Part shown: positions 1 to 3,495 of the stretch, one piece after another
Layout of the letters: every line of letters starts with the position of its first letter
Numbering within the stretch: the first letter of the stretch is position 1
Assembly: GCA_000004985.1 (NCBI GenBank)
Contig: GG739221.1
DNA length: 3,495 bases
DNA from: Naegleria gruberi
Lineage: Eukaryota
Strand: one strand, 5' to 3'
Made by a program: the position numbers and the translations under genes
The notes under the pieces: generated by a model
What the model was told of the DNA's origin: nothing
What the model saw: only the letters and a program-made list of their open reading frames with translations
The model's database searches: none

Positions 1-1
1 G

Positions 2-133
2 ACTCACCATTGGAACCAGTGTTTGAAATTGGAAAAGACTGAAATTACAAGTCAAGATTTCCTTCAAGAACAGGTTTACTTGTTGGAGAAGAAGTTTGAA
101 AGAATGCTCAAAGGTAAGAGGGTAAGTCCAAAG
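2..133 (+). CDS. Candidate internal exon fragment (frame 2): 44 stop-free codons, THHWNQCLKLEKTEITSQDFLQEQVYLLEKKFERMLKGKRVSPK. The exon would end at 113 or 121 if the donor-like sites at 114 or 122 are used.
   Basis: Frame 2 is the only frame open from the left edge (frame 1 hits a stop at 40..42, frame 3 at 24..26). The charged, heptad-like composition is protein-like. The frame runs into AAG|GTAAGAG (GT at 114..115) and G|GTAAGT (GT at 122..123), both classic 5' splice-donor consensus, with an in-frame TAA at 134..136. There is no in-frame ATG before 104, so the exon would continue upstream of the window. Confidence 0.3.
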
Positions 134-456
134 TAAATGGTGGTCAATGGGTATGTTGGAGGTTTCGGCTGAGTTTGGATCTGCCAACATCAGATGATTC
201 CTTCAGCAACCAAAGGGAATTCAGTACAATCAATGGCTGAGCGGGCCACCAATGGTTGGGCGGGCCACCAACAACATTTCGCCGCACCAACAACATTTGA
301 CCGCCTCAACTGCTTCAGGCGTATAGGTAGCATGAGGCCTCTACTGGTCAACATTAAAAACATGGAAGACTGATTTTGTCATCATTCAATATGGAGTCTG
401 TATTCAGCTTGATACAGTGCGAATTGTTTCTTCATTGATTTGGGATGGAATTTCAG
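114..456 (+). other. Putative spliceosomal intron (~335-343 nt), GTAAGA/GTAAGT donor to TTTCAG acceptor
   Basis: Donor consensus at 114 and 122. No open frame longer than ~30 codons in any + frame across 137..410. A perfect pyrimidine-rich TTTCAG acceptor lies at 451..456, immediately followed by an open frame that runs to a TAA at 707. Caveat: joining 113 or 121 to 457 does not preserve the frame of the downstream ORF (codons from 458), so at least one of these assumptions is wrong. Confidence 0.3.
232..309. repeat. GC-rich block of two pairs of degenerate 19-nt tandem direct repeats
   Basis: Pair 1 is aatggctgagcgggccacc (232..250) and aatggttgggcgggccacc (251..269), 17/19 identical. Pair 2 is caacatttcgccgcaccaa (272..290) and caacatttgaccgcctcaa (291..309), 15/19 identical. 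The region is ~58% GC inside an otherwise ~35% GC segment. Confidence 0.7.
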
Positions 457-709
457 ACTGAGAGAATTACCAGAAATTGAATTGTTGCTCTCCGTTATTG
501 TTCACTTAATCAAAGTTGTAGCCATTTCGAATACTTTGATTGAAAACAACTATTTAAAAGAAAATGATAACAAGATTAAAAGTTTGAATGATGAAATCCA
601 CTGCTTAAGAGCAATCAATGAAGAATTGGTTCTAGCTGTGAGAACCAAGAACGAAGAACCTGTTCAACCAGTTGCTGAAGAAGTTCCACCAGTTGTTGCT
701 GCAGAATAA
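457..709 (+). CDS. Candidate terminal coding exon. The frame is open from 413. Product is a coiled-coil-like protein with a Pro/Val/Ala/Glu-rich C-terminus: ...LRELPEIELLLSVIVHLIKVVAISNTLIENNYLKENDNKIKSLNDEIHCLRAINEELVLAVRTKNEEPVQPVAEEVPPVVAAE*.
   Basis: The frame (codons at 458, 461, ...) is open from 413 to the TAA at 707..709, about 98 codons in AT-rich DNA. There is no in-frame ATG, so it is an internal or terminal exon and not a gene start; the ORF track's 'M' is a TTG at 440. A TTTCAG acceptor-like site sits at 451..456. Codon choice (CCA, GTT, GCT, GAA) is biased as in highly expressed nematode genes. AATAAA lies 20 nt after the stop. Confidence 0.4.
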
Positions 710-728
710 TTGAAAACTTACGATTACA

Positions 729-734
729 AATAAA
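729..734 (+). promoter_or_regulatory. AATAAA polyadenylation signal candidate for the gene ending at 709
   Basis: Canonical hexamer 20 nt downstream of the TAA stop (707..709), embedded in an A-run (728..737). Confidence 0.35.
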
Positions 735-774
735 AAACCTAGTGCCAGTATTTACCACTATCCATTCACCTTCT

Positions 775-798
775 TAAACTCATTATTAAACTCATTAT
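775..798. repeat. Perfect 12-nt tandem duplication (taaactcattat x2)
   Basis: Units 775..786 and 787..798 are identical in the sequence. Confidence 0.8.
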
Positions 799-1028
799 TT
801 CATCTCCATTACTTCACATATATTCCCTCATCTACTTGTTCTCAGTTAAAATTTGAAGATAAACACAATTATTGCAAAGGGTTACCTTCTTCAATGTTCG
901 TTTTCCCTCCCTGAGAGTGATTACAACCTTTATCAAGATTGTTTTTCTTTTCTCATCTTGTTTTTTTCAACTTGGTTAAATGGTCAATTGTCTTTGACAC
1001 ACTGAATCATCCTTAATTAGTGCGAGTC

Positions 1029-1035
1029 TATAAAA
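1029..1035 (+). promoter_or_regulatory. TATA-box-like element (TATAAAA) upstream of the ATG at 1096
   Basis: tcTATAAAAAttg lies 67 nt upstream of ATG 1096..1098, which opens a frame that runs straight into the N gap. The spacing fits TATA, then TSS, then a short 5'UTR, then ATG. An AT-rich genome gives such matches by chance. Confidence 0.2.
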
Positions 1036-1095
1036 ATTGAAACAAGGAAAAACCAATAACGCAATCCTTCTTGTTGCCTGTAACAAATACTTGTC

Positions 1096-1128
1096 ATGAC
1101 AAGCAGATGCCAAATCGGTTATTTATCA
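1096..1128 (+). CDS. Possible 5' end of a coding region (MTSRCQIGYLS...) running into the assembly gap. It may or may not be the start of the downstream EGF-repeat gene.
   Basis: ATG at 1096 with 11 codons open until the sequence turns to N at 1129. There is no support beyond the upstream TATA-like motif. The 11 residues are not yet signal-peptide-like. Confidence 0.12.
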
Positions 1129-1132
1129 NAAA

Positions 1133-2631
1133 NNNNNNNNNNNNNNNNNNNNNNNNNNNNNNNNNNNNNNNNNNNNNNNNNNNNNNNNNNNNNNNNNNNN
1201 NNNNNNNNNNNNNNNNNNNNNNNNNNNNNNNNNNNNNNNNNNNNNNNNNNNNNNNNNNNNNNNNNNNNNNNNNNNNNNNNNNNNNNNNNNNNNNNNNNNN
1301 NNNNNNNNNNNNNNNNNNNNNNNNNNNNNNNNNNNNNNNNNNNNNNNNNNNNNNNNNNNNNNNNNNNNNNNNNNNNNNNNNNNNNNNNNNNNNNNNNNNN
1401 NNNNNNNNNNNNNNNNNNNNNNNNNNNNNNNNNNNNNNNNNNNNNNNNNNNNNNNNNNNNNNNNNNNNNNNNNNNNNNNNNNNNNNNNNNNNNNNNNNNN
1501 NNNNNNNNNNNNNNNNNNNNNNNNNNNNNNNNNNNNNNNNNNNNNNNNNNNNNNNNNNNNNNNNNNNNNNNNNNNNNNNNNNNNNNNNNNNNNNNNNNNN
1601 NNNNNNNNNNNNNNNNNNNNNNNNNNNNNNNNNNNNNNNNNNNNNNNNNNNNNNNNNNNNNNNNNNNNNNNNNNNNNNNNNNNNNNNNNNNNNNNNNNNN
1701 NNNNNNNNNNNNNNNNNNNNNNNNNNNNNNNNNNNNNNNNNNNNNNNNNNNNNNNNNNNNNNNNNNNNNNNNNNNNNNNNNNNNNNNNNNNNNNNNNNNN
1801 NNNNNNNNNNNNNNNNNNNNNNNNNNNNNNNNNNNNNNNNNNNNNNNNNNNNNNNNNNNNNNNNNNNNNNNNNNNNNNNNNNNNNNNNNNNNNNNNNNNN
1901 NNNNNNNNNNNNNNNNNNNNNNNNNNNNNNNNNNNNNNNNNNNNNNNNNNNNNNNNNNNNNNNNNNNNNNNNNNNNNNNNNNNNNNNNNNNNNNNNNNNN
2001 NNNNNNNNNNNNNNNNNNNNNNNNNNNNNNNNNNNNNNNNNNNNNNNNNNNNNNNNNNNNNNNNNNNNNNNNNNNNNNNNNNNNNNNNNNNNNNNNNNNN
2101 NNNNNNNNNNNNNNNNNNNNNNNNNNNNNNNNNNNNNNNNNNNNNNNNNNNNNNNNNNNNNNNNNNNNNNNNNNNNNNNNNNNNNNNNNNNNNNNNNNNN
2201 NNNNNNNNNNNNNNNNNNNNNNNNNNNNNNNNNNNNNNNNNNNNNNNNNNNNNNNNNNNNNNNNNNNNNNNNNNNNNNNNNNNNNNNNNNNNNNNNNNNN
2301 NNNNNNNNNNNNNNNNNNNNNNNNNNNNNNNNNNNNNNNNNNNNNNNNNNNNNNNNNNNNNNNNNNNNNNNNNNNNNNNNNNNNNNNNNNNNNNNNNNNN
2401 NNNNNNNNNNNNNNNNNNNNNNNNNNNNNNNNNNNNNNNNNNNNNNNNNNNNNNNNNNNNNNNNNNNNNNNNNNNNNNNNNNNNNNNNNNNNNNNNNNNN
2501 NNNNNNNNNNNNNNNNNNNNNNNNNNNNNNNNNNNNNNNNNNNNNNNNNNNNNNNNNNNNNNNNNNNNNNNNNNNNNNNNNNNNNNNNNNNNNNNNNNNN
2601 NNNNNNNNNNNNNNNNNNNNNNNNNNNNNNN
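1133..2631. other. Assembly/scaffold gap: 1499 consecutive N (plus an isolated n at 1129)
   Basis: The N run is seen directly in the sequence. Its round ~1.5 kb length suggests an estimated-size scaffold gap. The true distance between and frame relation of the flanks are unknown. Confidence 0.97.
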
Positions 2632-3495
2632 ATCCCCAATATAGTGGAGATGTCTGTTCTGGAAGAGGTGTTTGTTTGAATTTTGACATTTGTAATTGTT
2701 TTAATAGTTCTCTTTGGGGAGGAGAATTTTGTGAAATTCCTAAATGTAATAATATAATGGCTAATGATACTAGTGTTTGTTCTGGAATTGGTACATGTGT
2801 CTATGCAAATAATTGCTCATGTTGGAATTCAACTTTTTGGGGAGGTCAAAATTGTGACATTCACAAATGTGGAAATGTTTTGGCAAATTCTCCAAGCGTA
2901 TGTTCAGGAAATGGAAATTGTCTAGCACCTGGAGTTTGTAACTGTACCGAAATGTATGGTGGTTCCAATTGTAACGTTCCTAAATGTTCGAATATTTTGG
3001 CCACTAGTCCAGAAGTTTGTTCCTATTCGAAAGGTCGATGTGTTTCTCCTAACAATTGTTCATGCTCTGAAGGATATCATGGAAGTAATTGTGAATTAGT
3101 TTCTTGCTTTGGTGTCAAGAACACTAGTTTGAATGTTTGCTCAGGAAAGGGAGTTTGTCTCTCATTGAACAATTGTACATGTCAACAAGGTTTCTATGGA
3201 GAAAAGTGTCAGTATTACGATTGTTTCAGTGTAAGAAATGATAAGAAGGATGTTTGTTCATCACATGGTAATTGTTCCAATATCGATACATGTAATTGTA
3301 CAAAACCTTACTATGGAACAAACTGTGAAAAATTTGATTGTTATGGAAAGGCTCAAGATTCGATTTCAGTTTGTTCTTCAAGAGGATTCTGCTCATCACT
3401 TGATAACTGCACATGTCAAGAAGGATATTATGGAAAAGAATGTGAAAAATTCAACTGTTATGGAGTGATTCACTCAACTCTACAGTCTGTTCAGG
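2632..3495 (+). CDS. Partial CDS (5' end lost in gap, 3' end beyond window) for a secreted/extracellular multi-EGF-like repeat protein. 283 codons are visible with no stop: ...PQYSGDVCSGRGVCLNFDICNCFNSSLWGGEFCEIPKCNNIMANDTSVCSGIGTCVYANNCSCWNSTFWGGQNCDIHKCGNVLANSPSVCSGNGNCLAPGVCNCTEMYGGSNCNVPKCSNILATSPEVCSYSKGRCVSPNNCSCSEGYHGSNCELVSCFGVKNTSLNVCSGKGVCLSLNNCTCQQGFYGEKCQYYDCFSVRNDKKDVCSSHGNCSNIDTCNCTKPYYGTNCEKFDCYGKAQDSISVCSSRGFCSSLDNCTCQEGYYGKECEKFNCYGVIHSTLQSVQ...
   Basis: Frame with codons starting at positions divisible by 3; the first complete codon is 2634..2636. It is stop-free for 287 codons in ~33% GC DNA. A strict 6-Cys periodicity (39-41 aa) matches EGF-like domains and the PROSITE EGF_2 pattern C-x-C-x(2)-[GP]-[FYW]-x(4,8)-C. 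Cys is always TGT/TGC, and Gly is mostly GGA/GGT. It is absent from the supplied ORF track only because it has no stop or start inside the window. Confidence 0.85.
2745..3455 (+). repeat. Tandem array of six complete EGF-like coding modules (117-123 nt each), plus partial modules at 2632..2744 and 3456..3495
   Basis: Module boundaries, taken at the first Cys of each unit: R1 2745..2867, R2 2868..2984, R3 2985..3104, R4 3105..3221, R5 3222..3338, R6 3339..3455. Each encodes C-x(9-10)-C-S-[GSY]-x(1,2)-G-x-C-x(5)-C-x-C-x(3,4)-[FYW]-[GYH]-G-x(2)-C-x(4). Conservation is at the protein level, not the nucleotide level, so these are old duplications and not a recent repeat expansion. Confidence 0.8.

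Noticed and set aside
232-309. Possibility that the 19-nt direct repeats are a CRISPR array
   Set aside because: The repeats are directly adjacent with no intervening unique spacers. There are only two near-copies of each of two different units, and the context is eukaryotic. It is not CRISPR.
961-970. Poly-T run and scattered A/T-rich motifs in 840..1090 as regulatory elements
   Set aside because: Homopolymer and AT-rich words are expected at this base composition. There is no repeated or palindromic structure beyond the 12-nt duplication already listed.
1094-2689. Three ~500-aa ORFs (1094..2689 -, 1096..2679 +, 1119..2639 -) from the six-frame track
   Set aside because: More than 95% of their length is translated N (X). 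They are artifacts of a stop-free gap, not genes. Only the short real flanks (1096..1128 + and 2632..3495 +) were considered, and separately.
3222-3240. Splice-like motif tgtTTCAGtGTAAGAaatg inside the EGF region
   Set aside because: The reading frame and the 39-aa module register (C-F-S-V-R-N-D-K-K-D-V-C-S-S-H-G) continue straight through it, exactly parallel to the neighbouring modules. The resemblance to acceptor and donor sites is coincidental.
3226-3468. ORFs 3226..3414 (-) and 3238..3468 (+)
   Set aside because: Both lie wholly inside the EGF-repeat coding frame, in the antisense and +1 frames. Their low-complexity, His/Val/Met-rich translations lack the 6-Cys periodicity. They are out-of-frame shadows of the real CDS.
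1-3495. Prokaryotic interpretation (operon, RBS, phage or defence island)
   Set aside because: There are no Shine-Dalgarno-spaced starts, no tightly packed co-directional complete ORFs and no rho-independent terminator hairpins. The canonical eukaryotic splice and poly(A) signals and the EGF-type 6-Cys modules argue for a eukaryotic nuclear locus.
2632-3495. Attribution of the EGF-repeat gene to Dictyostelium-type or ciliate genomes, which are rich in such repeats
   Set aside because: Flanking non-coding DNA is ~33-38% GC, not the <20% GC typical of dictyostelid intergenic or intronic DNA. Gln is encoded by CAA/CAG with TAA used as a stop at 707, which argues against ciliate code. The question is left open, with a nematode-like genome the best guess.

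Overview
This window reads as a eukaryotic, AT-rich (~35% GC) genomic fragment from a draft assembly, not a prokaryotic locus. A 1.5 kb run of N (1133..2631, plus a lone n at 1129) splits it. The three ~500-aa 'ORFs' in the supplied track that cross this run are poly-X artifacts. The ORF track also appears to use prokaryote-style rules: complete ORFs only, with TTG accepted as a start. It therefore misses the one strong coding signal here.

That signal is an uninterrupted + strand reading frame (codons at positions divisible by 3) running from the gap edge (2632) off the right end (3495). It encodes at least 7 tandem EGF-like cysteine-rich modules, with 6 Cys per ~39-41 aa. Each module has the spacing C-x(9-10)-C-S-[GSY]-x(1,2)-G-x-C-x(5)-C-x-C-x(3,4)-[FYW]-[GYH]-G-x(2)-C-x(4), which fits the PROSITE EGF_2 pattern C-x-C-x(2)-[GP]-[FYW]-x(4,8)-C. 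The 283 aa carry 11 N-x-S/T sequons, so this is probably a secreted or extracellular repeat protein. It is truncated on both sides by the gap and the window edge.

The left third looks like the 3' end of a separate + strand gene. A 44-codon open frame (2..133) ends at tandem GTAAGA/GTAAGT donor-like sites (114, 122). Behind it lies ~340 nt with no coding potential, holding a conspicuous GC-rich block of degenerate 19-nt tandem repeats (232..309). A perfect TTTCAG acceptor-like site follows (451..456). An open frame (413..709) that is coiled-coil-like with a Pro/Val/Ala/Glu-rich tail then ends at TAA, with AATAAA 20 nt downstream (729..734).

Between the two genes are a 12-nt perfect tandem duplication (775..798) and a TATAAAA (1029..1035) 67 nt upstream of an ATG (1096) that runs straight into the gap. 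Splice-site style (GTAAGT / TTTCAG) and codon preferences (GGA, CCA, GTT, GCT, GAA, CAA, TGT) are nematode-like, but that attribution is inference only. I see no rRNA, tRNA, CRISPR, transposon termini or prokaryotic operon structure, and I cannot support any novel 'system' beyond the features listed.
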